DNA of 64,000 bases, taken from the IMG/VR virus record IMGVR_UViG_3300029488_000242; one strand, 5' to 3'. The notes under the pieces were generated by a model that ran no database searches, was not told the origin of the DNA, and saw only the letters and a program-made list of their open reading frames with translations. The DNA is from a virus (lineage: Duplodnaviria > Heunggongvirae > Uroviricota > Caudoviricetes). Positions 31,664 to 42,246 of the stretch are shown in pieces; within the stretch, counting starts at the first letter, position 1, and each line of letters begins with the position of its first letter. The position numbers and the translations under genes are program-made.

Positions 31664-31717
31664 CTACTTAATCTTTTCCTCCTTTCTGACATAATAAAAG
31701 TCGCCCAAGGAAGACGA

Positions 31718-31897
31718 CTAAAATGTAAGCATACTTGTATACTTTAATTTATTTATATCTATATTTTCTGAAAACCGAAGAGTATCAGTATTCAAAAATA
31801 CATAAATACCATTAGAATTTTGCACCTGTTGATATCCTAATTGAGATAGGAGAGTAGCAGTAGGTGCATCTTGCGTTTGTATAAATTTTTGATTCAT
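31718..31897 (-). CDS. small hypothetical protein, 59 aa
   Basis: MNQKFIQTQD...GIYVFLN; AGGAG RBS. Confidence 0.55.
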   Translation of the reverse strand: MNQKFIQTQDAPTATLLSQLGYQQVQNSNGIYVFLNTDTLRFSENIDINKLKYTSMLTF

Positions 31898-31908
31898 TCC
31901 ATCAACTC

Positions 31909-33486
31909 CTATTTATCATTTAAATTCTCGTCTCTTGTACGAAGTCCCGCATCTGTAAGTTCCGAATCATCCTTCTCTTGACCACCGCCTTTATCATTAC
32001 CTGTCTGAGTATAAGTGCTAGATAGTGGCTTGAATTTTGAACTAAGCTGCAAACAGTCTTCTTCCAAAAAGTTCATAGATAACGTATCTTTTTCAGACAC
32101 ACCATTTAGTGTGTTATAAAGAATTTTGTTTGGCAATCCATTGGTACATGATTCCAAGATTGATTTTCTAAAGTCATCTTTCTGATAAATAGAGACATCA
32201 AAGAATTTAATTTTACAGGGTTCAGATATCCAACTAGATAAAAGTCGATTTACAATCGCTTGAATCTGTGGAATAAGAGTTGAAATAGAAAATGTAGAAT
32301 CTGCAAGTACGCCATATTTAAAAGCAGTAGAGTTAGAAGCGGAGTTTAGATTTAATATCTGAGCACCACCAGCCGTATTGAGAATTTCTTTTGTAGCTTT
32401 TTCAACCTTTGTAACATCACCTGTTGCATCATCTGGAAAACTAATTTCATGTAATTCACCAGGAACAATAGCAGCGGAAATATAAGGAGGTAATGCTTCT
32501 TCAAGCATACGATTGAAATACTGAATCATTATATCTGGATTTACAGCCCAATCATCTACATCATTACCCATAGTTTTCATTTCAAGCCATACTAATTTAT
32601 AAATATTAGCTGCTTGTTGAACTGCTTGATAATCAGAAGCGTCCATAAGATCAATCAATGATAAAAATATAGGTGTAAGCACGGGAACGATGGTTTCCCA
32701 GTCTTCAGACCTAAATTTAATACATACATTATATTCTTCGGGAATTAGCTGATATTTTTCATTTGTACTCTGATATGTATTCCACATACTATTAAATGGT
32801 TCGCCCCAATATTCAAGAAGTTCCTGATGACTACGGAAATAACTCATATCCATAGCTCCTGCAAATGAACCATCAGGAAACATACCTGCTATTTTCATAT
32901 AATCTGGATCTAATGGAAGAACAAACATTCCTTGTCCCTCTGTATAGTAAGCACATCCATAAAATACATCTTCTCTTAAAGTGATAGACGCAGCTTTACG
33001 AAATTCATAATTCAATCCTAGAGTGTCAACTATATCAACTGTTTCTTGATACTTTTGTAATGTGGATTGCACATCATTTTCGCCTGAGATTATAAATGGA
33101 GGAACTATATTACGAATTGTAAGATCAATCTGATTTGCATAATATTTACAAAGACGATAATAGATTTCTGAACGATAATAAAGATAACGAGATAAGCTTC
33201 GTAGATTCTTTTCATTAGAAGAGATATTCTTTATGTATGTTTTTACATCTTCCTTTGAGTAGTTACTGATTGACGTATATCTGGATGATTTCTGAATATC
33301 TCGAAGACTTGTAATTGCACTTGTTGCATCTTCATAACGTTCAAGTCTACTTTTATTTTTCTCATACCATTCACGCATTTCATTTGCGGTTGGCTGTTTG
33401 GGAGTAGAAGAAGTGGTTTTCTTCTGTGAATTATTTATTTTAGCAGGTGCATTAGAATTTGCATCTACTTTCTTAGGTCTAGGCAT
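31909..33486 (-). CDS. portal protein
   Basis: 525 aa directly after terL; LRSLSRYLY..S.IYYRL pattern. Confidence 0.8.
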   Translation of the reverse strand: MPRPKKVDANSNAPAKINNSQKKTTSSTPKQPTANEMREWYEKNKSRLERYEDATSAITSLRDIQKSSRYTSISNYSKEDVKTYIKNISSNEKNLRSLSRYLYYRSEIYYRLCKYYANQIDLTIRNIVPPFIISGENDVQSTLQKYQETVDIVDTLGLNYEFRKAASITLREDVFYGCAYYTEGQGMFVLPLDPDYMKIAGMFPDGSFAGAMDMSYFRSHQELLEYWGEPFNSMWNTYQSTNEKYQLIPEEYNVCIKFRSEDWETIVPVLTPIFLSLIDLMDASDYQAVQQAANIYKLVWLEMKTMGNDVDDWAVNPDIMIQYFNRMLEEALPPYISAAIVPGELHEISFPDDATGDVTKVEKATKEILNTAGGAQILNLNSASNSTAFKYGVLADSTFSISTLIPQIQAIVNRLLSSWISEPCKIKFFDVSIYQKDDFRKSILESCTNGLPNKILYNTLNGVSEKDTLSMNFLEEDCLQLSSKFKPLSSTYTQTGNDKGGGQEKDDSELTDAGLRTRDENLNDK

Positions 33487-33504
33487 ATTTGATAATGCAC
33501 CTCC

Positions 33505-33635
33505 TTAATTATATTTTGCTTTGCGGATTGTAAGCTTATTTATAAAACTTGTGGCATCTTCTGTTGGTCGCTTTTTATTTGTAATGGCTTTTCTACGTTC
33601 ACACATAAGGGCATAAGAAGCCATACATGCTGTAT
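33505..33635 (-). CDS. terL: terminase large subunit, exon 2
   Basis: Splicing gives HDDRA-Y-TACMASYALMCERRK...KAKYN*. Confidence 0.8.
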
Positions 33636-34676
33636 CATTCTGTTACTTTTAAACCTATTAAATATATTCAAAAATATAATTTTTTGCTGTTTTCTGTTTT
33701 CCTTGTAAACAATATTGAATAGATTGTCTATTAATATTAGTCATTCTGTGTGCTTCCATTATAGATTTAAAGGTAGATAAAATATTCCCATCTAAATCTT
33801 TTTGAACAACATATTTTCCATCATAATTAATCTTTTGCTTTGATGTATAATAATTCCAATCTATTTTATTATTATTGAAGTCATCTTCATAAAACCAATA
33901 ATATCCGTATGCAGTTTTATGTCCATAAACCATGTTGCAACATAATTCTATATTTCTTTTTGAATAACCAAGAATTTTTGAGGCATGTGATACCCCATGC
34001 CATTTATTAACAATTTCTAAATTTTTATTAATTTGAAGTAATGTTTTAGGATTTTGAATCATTCTCATTTTCTCTATTTCTTCTTCAGTATGTTTATAAC
34101 CACGAATTCCATTTCCACCTTCACACAAGTTATATCCATTACTCATAGAATTATATTTGTTTATATAAAATTTCTCACGCTCATCTAATTCAGAGACAGA
34201 ACATTCTTCAATTACGGCAAAAATAAAACAATCTTCTCCATATTTGTTCCATGCAAATTGAAGATGATTGTTAATATGACGATTGTTATTCAATTCAGAT
34301 TTATGTCGCACCCATCTATTTTTTATATCTGTAGATTGACCAATATATAGTTTGTTATTTTTAACATTTTTTATCATATAAATACCAGTTATAGTATCAC
34401 TTCCTTTAACTGATATATTTAATAGGCGATTAAGGTACTTCCAAGAGTGTCTTTACACTCGACCTTAATTCTCGTATTTCATTTTTAAGTTATATTACGA
34501 GTTCAGACTATCGCATCTTCATATATAATTTGTAGAATGAAGTTTTCTCACTTAGTCGTTGCAGCTACCATTACGCTTGCTGTGGGTTATCCACTTCTGG
34601 ACTTTCCCAATTAATCAGAGAAAATTTTCTATTTGTAATTTATCTACATTTATTACAAAGTACCCTATACAAATTA
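33636..34676 (-). mobile_element. group I intron in terL (1041 nt)
   Basis: GCCT|TAA...AGAATG|ATAC; P1 GUGCCU/GGGUAC with U.G, P10 AUACA/UGUAU, P7 GACUA/UAGUC; contains a homing endonuclease gene. Confidence 0.9.
33658..34392 (-). CDS. GIY-YIG homing endonuclease with NUMOD-type C-terminal domains
   Basis: ITGIYMIKN...LYIGQS; the GIY lies upstream of ATG 34377, so the start is probably ATA 34392. Confidence 0.85.
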   Translation of the reverse strand: MTGIYMIKNVKNNKLYIGQSTDIKNRWVRHKSELNNNRHINNHLQFAWNKYGEDCFIFAVIEECSVSELDEREKFYINKYNSMSNGYNLCEGGNGIRGYKHTEEEIEKMRMIQNPKTLLQINKNLEIVNKWHGVSHASKILGYSKRNIELCCNMVYGHKTAYGYYWFYEDDFNNNKIDWNYYTSKQKINYDGKYVVQKDLDGNILSTFKSIMEAHRMTNINRQSIQYCLQGKQKTAKNYIFEYI

Positions 34677-36600
34677 AGGCACGATCATCATGGAGCTTAT
34701 TAGCCTTCTCAGGTGTAAGTTCAAACGAATCCTTTCCAGAATCACGCTTTTTACGAACCATATTGACAAGCTCTTCTTTTAAAGCATCAATATTAGCAAG
34801 AGCAATTTCATCCTGCCAATCAAGTTTTATAGTTTTTGTATTAACGGATTCAATTTTCTCTAATTCTTCATTGAGCTTAGTTTCAAATTCCTTTTCATTA
34901 ACTTTTTGTTTTCTGAGTTCAGCAGAAATTCGTTCTTTTTCTTTAGCCAATTTTTTCTCATCAACATCAAAAACAGTAAGATAGCCTTTATGATCATATT
35001 GTGCTGTAAAGCTGATTTTATCCTGATTCATCAATTCTATCATTGCTTCATACATTTCAGATTTATAACCAGTAGGAGACATAAGATGCACTTTGTCTAC
35101 TGCATTAGGAAATTTCTTAACATAATCAGCAGAGTATTCCTTATCAATTAATCCTCTGTGAACAATACCAGCAGAATCCGTCCAATCAGGCATTAAATAA
35201 TCGGCTATATTAACACCCGATCCGCCACTACCTGCATCAATGTATACACCAACAATATTCCCATATGCGTCAGCTCCACCGTTATAATCAAGAATTACTT
35301 TTTTTAGATATTCGATCTGATCTGGAGTTTGCATAGGAGATTTGATTTTTTTACCAACATCAATAAGATTAATACAGTTTACCAATCTCATTCTTGTGTC
35401 AATACTTCCGTCAACCTGTTCATATTCATAAATTTCACCAACAAGAATTACTGAATTATCTCGGCTTCTAGCAGGATCATATGTGATGACGAACTTTTTA
35501 TCACCTGTGTCATTATAAAGAAGAGGTTTTCTTGTTTCTTCATTTCGTGTGATAACACCTCTACGAATAATTGCATCCGTACCAGCATCAGTAGTAAAAA
35601 TACAATAATATTCACGCCTTGCTTTTTCGGGATTTGTTCTCATTTCAGATTCAACAGTATTTCGAGATAGAAGAGGAGTAACTAATTCACCTCTAAGAGT
35701 TGGTTTAAACGCTTGTTCACAATCTATATGTAAAACACAATAATCTGGATTTCCCATGATTTGTTGCTTAGAGAAGTCACGATATAATCTCCAAAACTGA
35801 GTATCAGTTGAAGATGCTGAACTGATGTAATATTTTTGATATGATAAATCTCGTGGCAAACATCTTTGACGAATTGGATCTATTGAATTACCATCTACAT
35901 CTTTACCAGTTTTTAAACTTTTATTTACAACGGCAAATGCACCATATACATTCATCATTTCATCAGATAAGAAACCACTTTCATCAAAAATTACTGTGCC
36001 TCGCATACCTCTCTTGGCATCTATATTTCCGTTCAATGTCCTAGTCATAGATCCGTTATAACATGAATAGGAAAACCCATTGGACGAGTGTGAAAATCCG
36101 TCACCTGCTGCATTTTTGATTTCTATCTCATTCTTGAATAAAGAACCAGTTGAACCATAAAATGTATCAATATTATCATTAGCGAGTCGTTCCAAAGTAG
36201 TGAAAGTTTGTTCAGCCTGACCACCTGTACCGCTTGCAATATATGTCCATACATTACAAAAACACATATCTTTAGACATAATCTCAAGGTCAATAACTGT
36301 ACTTTTACCATATCCACGAGTACATACAGCAAGTACATTTGGACAAACCCAACTTCTTTGTACAAGAAGTGCCTGCCCATCTAAAAGCTCTATGTTAAAA
36401 AAAAGATCTATAGCTTTTACTGGGTTGCATTGCAGATATTTTTGAATTTCAGCAATTTGAATATAAGACTCAATTTTACGAGATGAGATAGAATAACCAT
36501 GTGGTTTTACATATATTCCATATTGATTATAAAAATCTTTATCATAATCAAAAATTTCATTCTGATAATAATTCATAATCATTTGCTTATTCTGATTCAT
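34677..36600 (-). CDS. terL: terminase large subunit, exon 1
   Basis: ATG 36600 with GGAGG; Walker A RGYGKS, Walker B IFDE, nuclease YDPARS, ends LHDDRA. Confidence 0.9.
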
Positions 36601-37909
36601 TTTCAGTAACCTCCTTTGTTTCATCATCAGGAGACTCTTCAACTTCATCAAACTCTGCAAAGACAGAATATACATCTTTTAAATCTTTTAACTGTTCTTC
36701 ATTTAATAGATTGTTTTCTTTTAATGTATCTCTTAAATCAAGATTTTCTCTTAATAATATTCTGTTAATTTCTTGGTAAGCATCCTTTTCTTTTCTAAGA
36801 CCTGTGTTAACGACACGCATTTCAGAAACCATATCTGACCACTCAGATTCATCAAGTGCCAATTGTTTCATAATAGAAGCATCACTGATTTCCTGAACCT
36901 GTTGCATACCTCTACATGTATCAATATCAAAACCGTTGACCTCACCACTTCGCAGATTAAGACTCTTAATTTTCTTGATTTTTCCAGTCCATGTATTTTC
37001 ACCTTTTTTAGCATTTTTATTATGTTTTAATGAAATACAACTATCTTGTGCAAGACTTGTAATAACAGAAGTGATCTTACCTTTACTTTCCTGTAGGGAT
37101 TTAATTGTTGCAGAATTACGTTCAATATTAGAAATGTCACACATTAATTTTGATATAGTATCATCAATTTTAGATTGCTGTAAAAATCCACGAACAATAG
37201 AAATAGCAGAAGAAGTACGCATCATGTCTTCATTTGCATCTTCGCTAGAATCTAATAGCCCTAATAATTGTGAATATAAGAAAGGTTGATCGGCTATATC
37301 CTCTTTTTCAAAAGGATCATAACTAAGTAATCGAATAACATCATTTTTGTTTTTTAAGAAACTATCATATGTATCCAGTCCTGCATGTGATTCAATCAAT
37401 TCTTCCTCAGTAGTTAGTTCTTTTGCCGATTCATTTTCAACTTTATCCTTAACAAAATGATCTGAGTCAAAGTATGTTAGCCCTATATAATTTGGCATAG
37501 CAATTTGACGTGCATACGCTGTCCATACATTAGATTTAACTTTTCCAGAAGCAAGATTCTCAACTTCCTGAATGCTTGAGTCCCATACCTTCTCGAGAAA
37601 AGGTTTTCCCAAATATCTAAGGGCAAGTTGCACTGATTCCCTTGTAGGCTCTTGATCAACACCATTTGTAGTTCTTAACGCTATCTTTTTTGCACAGTCT
37701 TTACAAATTGGAGTAAGACCACTTTTATTCATTGGATCAGTACTTACATAAAATTTATCCCTTGCTTTATGTGTATCACACATATAGCACCAAGCACCTT
37801 CTTTTAGGGACTTGATTTTCTCCTCCTGTGTTTCAACTTTCTTCTTTAATTGTGCAGCCGTTAATTTTGTAGGCTGTGTTTCTTTTGTCGTAGCCAAACT
37901 AACGACCAC
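36587..37909 (-). CDS. Zn-finger protein upstream of terL (terminase small-subunit candidate)
   Basis: CYMC...CKDC; overlaps terL start. Confidence 0.5.
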   Translation of the reverse strand: MVVSLATTKETQPTKLTAAQLKKKVETQEEKIKSLKEGAWCYMCDTHKARDKFYVSTDPMNKSGLTPICKDCAKKIALRTTNGVDQEPTRESVQLALRYLGKPFLEKVWDSSIQEVENLASGKVKSNVWTAYARQIAMPNYIGLTYFDSDHFVKDKVENESAKELTTEEELIESHAGLDTYDSFLKNKNDVIRLLSYDPFEKEDIADQPFLYSQLLGLLDSSEDANEDMMRTSSAISIVRGFLQQSKIDDTISKLMCDISNIERNSATIKSLQESKGKITSVITSLAQDSCISLKHNKNAKKGENTWTGKIKKIKSLNLRSGEVNGFDIDTCRGMQQVQEISDASIMKQLALDESEWSDMVSEMRVVNTGLRKEKDAYQEINRILLRENLDLRDTLKENNLLNEEQLKDLKDVYSVFAEFDEVEESPDDETKEVTENESE

Positions 37910-38010
37910 CTCCTTTTATTCCAACATAAAAAGAAGCCACTTCATACGAAATGACTTCTCATAATTTTCAATATTAAATTTCCAATGAAAGTGCAATTCA
38001 CTTCACTTAG

Positions 38011-38083
38011 CACACCTTCTACGATTTGAACATAGACCTGACGATTTTGGAGATCGTTGCTCTACCAATTAAGCTAAAGGTGC
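38011..38083 (-). tRNA. trnW: tRNA-Trp(CCA)
   Basis: Cloverleaf; anticodon arm ACGAT-CTCCAAA-ATCGT. Confidence 0.85.
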
Positions 38084-38128
38084 ATATAACAAAAGAGCCA
38101 TCTCCAAAGGAAATGACTCTTTACTATT

Positions 38129-38833
38129 TTATTTAATTTCTTTATCTCTCATATATATTGAAAACATTCGTAAAATAATTATATATCTATACTTTTCATA
38201 TTGTTTTTTTCTATCAAAAAATATATAAACTAAAAATAATAATATAATATTTTCCATAAGAAAAAATACATAATGAAAATGAAAAAATAGAATCATAAGC
38301 AGATTTAATAAAATTATAGATATAAACCCTAACGACAATGATCTACTCATTTCAGAAATAACAAGCATTTTATCAGCCTTGAATGATAACCCATTTATTT
38401 CTACAATGTTTAAACAATATGAAAATATTCTTGCGTTTAATTGCTTTTGTTGTTCAATATTTCTAATATTTTTGGTGTCTATATCAAAATAATCAATTAA
38501 ATACTTTTTTATATTTAATGCGTCCTTATAAGCCAATTCATTATTTAGTATTTTCATATATTTATCTTTTAAAAGAAAAATTTCTCTAGGGCTTCCACCA
38601 TATACATATCTATATATCCATTTTTGATCAACTATATTTCCAAGCTGTTGAAAAACTATACCTAATAAGTAACTAATTACAAAAAAGATTACATATTTTT
38701 CCTTTTCCCAATTTGTCCACCTGTCATAATATTCGAATGATAATGAAATACAGGATAAAGTTAAAATAATCACACCTGGAATAAGCATAGTAAATAAATC
38801 AAATATATTAAACTTTTTGAGTAAATTTTCCAT
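38129..38833 (-). CDS. multi-pass membrane protein (moron)
   Basis: Start MENLLKK after GGAG; about 4 TM segments; very low GC. Confidence 0.65.
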   Translation of the reverse strand: MENLLKKFNIFDLFTMLIPGVIILTLSCISLSFEYYDRWTNWEKEKYVIFFVISYLLGIVFQQLGNIVDQKWIYRYVYGGSPREIFLLKDKYMKILNNELAYKDALNIKKYLIDYFDIDTKNIRNIEQQKQLNARIFSYCLNIVEINGLSFKADKMLVISEMSRSLSLGFISIILLNLLMILFFHFHYVFFLMENIILLFLVYIFFDRKKQYEKYRYIIILRMFSIYMRDKEIK

Positions 38834-38991
38834 AATTTTTCTCCATTTTTTGATATACAGTATATCATAATAAAAAAGGATTTGAACAACTTTTTTTATA
38901 TATCTCTCCACATGCTGATCGAAAATATCTAAGAAAAAGTTTAAATAGAATATGTTGTTATAATAACTAAAAAGTTATAAAAAACATAAGG

Positions 38992-39068
38992 GCGGTAGTA
39001 AGTGTTGAGCTTACACGCCTAAGTTTCGTATGCATCCAAAAAATAGGTTTTGGCATCAGGTTTACCGC
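38992..39068 (-). ncRNA. tRNA-like structured element
   Basis: GCGGTA/TACCGC closing stem, T-arm-like GTAAG-CTCAACA-CTTAC, no normal D or anticodon arm. Confidence 0.35.
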
Positions 39069-39076
39069 ATAAAATC

Positions 39077-39162
39077 TGGATAGCAGGACTTGAATCTATG
39101 CACCGAATAAACGATGACCTCTGATTAGCAATCAGGTGTAATACCAACTCTGCCAATACTAC
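39077..39162 (-). pseudogene. degenerate tRNA-Ser(GCT)
   Basis: D arm, anticodon loop TTGCTAA and long variable arm present; T stem and acceptor 3' strand do not pair properly. Confidence 0.55.
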
Positions 39163-39251
39163 ATAATAAAAGAGTCACCTCATGAAGCGACTCTCTGTTA
39201 CTATACAAAAAATGTATAGCCTCGCTGTCCATTTAAGTATCAGCTATTTAA

Positions 39252-39324
39252 TGATCTGTAGGAGATTCGGACTCCTGTTGCCGCCGTGAAAGGGCGATGT
39301 CCTAGACCGCTAGACGAACAGACC
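39252..39324 (-). tRNA. trnE: tRNA-Glu(TTC)
   Basis: Cloverleaf; TCGCC-CTTTCAC-GGCGG; T loop TCCGAAT (U55C). Confidence 0.8.
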
Positions 39325-39355
39325 TTGTAGGGTGGAAGAGTACCACCCATTATTT

Positions 39356-39832
39356 TTACAGAATAACTTCTGTTTCACCTTCAAACTTAGTATTTAAAGC
39401 ACGAATCTCAGCAAGTTTTTTACCAATTTCTTCCTGAATCTTAGTAGCGAAAAGTTCAACCTTTGCCTTACCAATCTTTTCAACACTATCAAAAGGCGCT
39501 TTAACTTCTGATTCTGGAATCTTTGTAACATCTACAGAGAATGTAATATGAAGATTTTCATCCACAACAAATGACTGGTTAATAATATCTTTTAACTCAA
39601 CAGAAATAATAGTTGAATCATCAACTTCACTATCAGTTGTAACTGGATCTCCATTAGAATCAGCTTTCATATTAGATTTAAAGGATATCTTAGAATATTC
39701 GATTGTTCTAACAAAATTATGCAACATATCTTTTTCAGTAGCAGCATCGGTATCTGATGTACCTAATTCTGCGACAGAAATATCTACACTAATAACGTTT
39801 TCATCAATAGTTTTACTAATATTTAATTTCAT
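39356..39832 (-). CDS. hypothetical protein
   Basis: 158 aa, coupled to upstream ORF. Confidence 0.65.
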   Translation of the reverse strand: MKLNISKTIDENVISVDISVAELGTSDTDAATEKDMLHNFVRTIEYSKISFKSNMKADSNGDPVTTDSEVDDSTIISVELKDIINQSFVVDENLHITFSVDVTKIPESEVKAPFDSVEKIGKAKVELFATKIQEEIGKKLAEIRALNTKFEGETEVIL

Positions 39833-40125
39833 GAATTTGTACCCTCGCTTTCGTTTGCAATTACTTGTTTATATCCGTCTCTAATAGCCATAAATAAATC
39901 ACGCAATACTTCTTTATCAATAGAGCAATCTAAATTTGACGTATCAAACTGTGGATCACTTACTGAAAAATCTAATGTTCCGTCATTCCGTGGCACGAAC
40001 AAAATTTCCACGTTATTGTTCAAGAGTAAAGTAATAGAATCTATTTTTTCACCATTGTTGGATGTAACTTTACGAACCTGTCCAACTTTTAATGGCTCTT
40101 GCTCAATAATCAATCTACTTGCCAT
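39829..40125 (-). CDS. hypothetical protein
   Basis: 98 aa, AAGGAG RBS. Confidence 0.65.
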   Translation of the reverse strand: MASRLIIEQEPLKVGQVRKVTSNNGEKIDSITLLLNNNVEILFVPRNDGTLDFSVSDPQFDTSNLDCSIDKEVLRDLFMAIRDGYKQVIANESEGTNS

Positions 40126-40173
40126 AATACATACTCCTTTCTTTTATTTTTCGTTTTCCTTTTAATCATTGAA

Positions 40174-40247
40174 TTGCGGAAGCAGGACTCGAACCTGCAT
40201 ACTCTTGGTTATGAGCCAAGTGAGCTTCCATTGCTCGTCATTCCGCT
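40174..40247 (-). tRNA. tRNA-Met(CAT), initiator-like 1:72 mismatch
   Basis: CTTGG-CTCATAA-CCAAG; A1:A72 unpaired. Confidence 0.8.
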
Positions 40248-40254
40248 ATGATAA

Positions 40255-40915
40255 TCAGCATAAAGCACTAACTAGCTGATATTGGACTGTACACATCCAG
40301 TTTATAAATTAGACACACTAGGTATCCATGCTTTTCAAAATCACTTTAATCAGATTTACTCGCTAACCAACGCACGAGAAGGAGATTACTACCTGTGTCA
40401 CCCAAAATATATTGCGCTTATATAGTGACACTCCATATTTATCTGTCTTTCCAGATGTCAGACCGCCCAGTAGTCATTCGCTATTGTCTATCTCAAAAAT
40501 TCAGAAAATAAACTAGCGATAATTCCATTTCATATAAAAGCCTAATAGACATTGGTTTTTAATATTTAGACCACAAGCTCGAAAGACACTGTAGTACAAA
40601 CTTGAATTTAATGGTTCTCATTAACGCAGAGAAGCACGATTACTTCTATGGTTGATATTGACCGTTTTAGGACTTACAATGCTATATGAATAGTAAATGC
40701 CAAAATATGTTAATCGTCTACTAAGGCAAGACCTTTCCATAACACCGCCAATGAGCAGTAGCAGTGGGAAGTTTTAGACCATTCCAAAGGTCAATAATTT
40801 CGCAAACCGACCTTTATATTTATGTCACATATCGGTCAGTGACAGCTCACTTGTAAAAATCTATCAACGGATTGACAGACCGCCCTTCACTTCTTTTGGA
40901 TGTGAGCAGCTTGTT
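40255..40915 (-). ncRNA. candidate large structured ncRNA(s)
   Basis: No ORF >=60 aa in ~770 nt, richer in GC than typical spacers, serial hairpins; strand inferred from context. Confidence 0.45.
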
Positions 40916-41028
40916 ATATTTTATTTATTCTCTACATTGTTGTCACTTCTCGGCTCAAATATCACGTTACCATGCTTTCTTGTTGAGATTTAATTGTTGA
41001 TGTTAGACGAAGGCTTCATTGGGATTGC

Positions 41029-42078
41029 TTAAATACCTTCTTTTTCAGCTTCTTTCTGTAATTCTTGTTGCTTAAACTTTAGAATTTTTAATTTTTCCCT
41101 TAAATCAGCCTTAGAAGCAGGGCGTACATAGCTCTGTGAAGTTACTGAAGTTGATTTGTGGTTCGCCCATTGTGAGGCAAGATTTAAATCACCAGTATCT
41201 TCATATATTTTATTGATCGCTGTCTTCCTCATGCAATGACAATGAAAGTCCTCCAAGCCAATAACTTTACCAATTTTTCTCATTCGGTCATGAATCATGC
41301 CTTGTGTCCAAGGAATCCATTTGTCCTTATATTTATGAATAAATAGAGCATCGCATTCAAGATGATCATAATCATTTGTTCTCATGGCTAACCATGTTTC
41401 AAGCATATCCTTACATGTACTGTCAAACGAAACTTCCACACGATATCCTTCCTTCTCACGTATTGACTCAAATACCATATTATCTAAGTCAAGAGAGGAT
41501 ACAGTAAGTTTCTCTAATGCACCAATTCTATTAGCGGAGAAGAGTGCGATTTCAAATAATAACTGATCTTGTATTGTCCATTTATTATTCTCTGTCCTAT
41601 ACAAATCTGCTCTAATAGCTGCAATCTGTTCATCATTTAAGAAATAATGATTAAGAATCTGTTCCTCGTTAGCTTTCTTCATTCTGTCAAGTTTACCATC
41701 AAAAGGATGATATTTAACAAATCCACGCTTCATAGACCAAATATAGAATGAACTTACGGCAGAAATCTTCATATTGATTATCTTCTTATGATTCATCAAT
41801 GTTTCCTGACAGAAAAGCATATATGCTTCCATAATATCAACTGCATTTTCCATAAATTCATCAGAATATAAATCTAATTCACCATAATTTTCTCCTAACC
41901 ACATGAGAAAATGTCGGAACAATCCTCTATATCTCTTGTATGTTGTATCTTTTACATCTCGATTTTTGATGATATTAGACTGTAAATATTTTTCATATTT
42001 CTTCCAGTTCTCTTCATAAATAAATTTCTCTTTATCAGGAGTGAAATATTTCACCCTTGTTATTTTCTCTTTTGACAA
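41029..42078 (-). CDS. tyrosine recombinase (XerD/integrase family)
   Basis: R (SANRIGAL), HCMRKT, WANH, catalytic Y (SQSYVR). Confidence 0.9.
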   Translation of the reverse strand: MSKEKITRVKYFTPDKEKFIYEENWKKYEKYLQSNIIKNRDVKDTTYKRYRGLFRHFLMWLGENYGELDLYSDEFMENAVDIMEAYMLFCQETLMNHKKIINMKISAVSSFYIWSMKRGFVKYHPFDGKLDRMKKANEEQILNHYFLNDEQIAAIRADLYRTENNKWTIQDQLLFEIALFSANRIGALEKLTVSSLDLDNMVFESIREKEGYRVEVSFDSTCKDMLETWLAMRTNDYDHLECDALFIHKYKDKWIPWTQGMIHDRMRKIGKVIGLEDFHCHCMRKTAINKIYEDTGDLNLASQWANHKSTSVTSQSYVRPASKADLREKLKILKFKQQELQKEAEKEGI

Positions 42079-42115
42079 TATTTCAGCCTCCTTTTTTAGT
42101 TAATTATTTTATTAG

Positions 42116-42203
42116 TGGGCAGGGTGTGATTTGAACACACAATGTTTACCATGTAGGTCACGGTTTTACAGACCGCTTGCTTCAGCCATTTGCATACCTA
42201 CCC
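42116..42203 (-). tRNA. trnY: tRNA-Tyr(GTA)
   Basis: GCGGT-CTGTAAA-ACCGT, long variable arm. Confidence 0.85.
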
Positions 42204-42246
42204 ATACAAAAAGAGTGTGCAGTATACACTACACACTCCAAATAAT

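Noticed and set aside
38992..39068. Hammerhead ribozyme (CTGATG...GAAAC)
   Set aside because: Core lacks A9 and I could not form a clean stem III with an NUH triplet
41029..42203. Recombinase plus tRNA-Tyr as integration module (att site)
   Set aside because: Phage genes continue on both sides, there is no duplicated tRNA 3' end and no host DNA boundary
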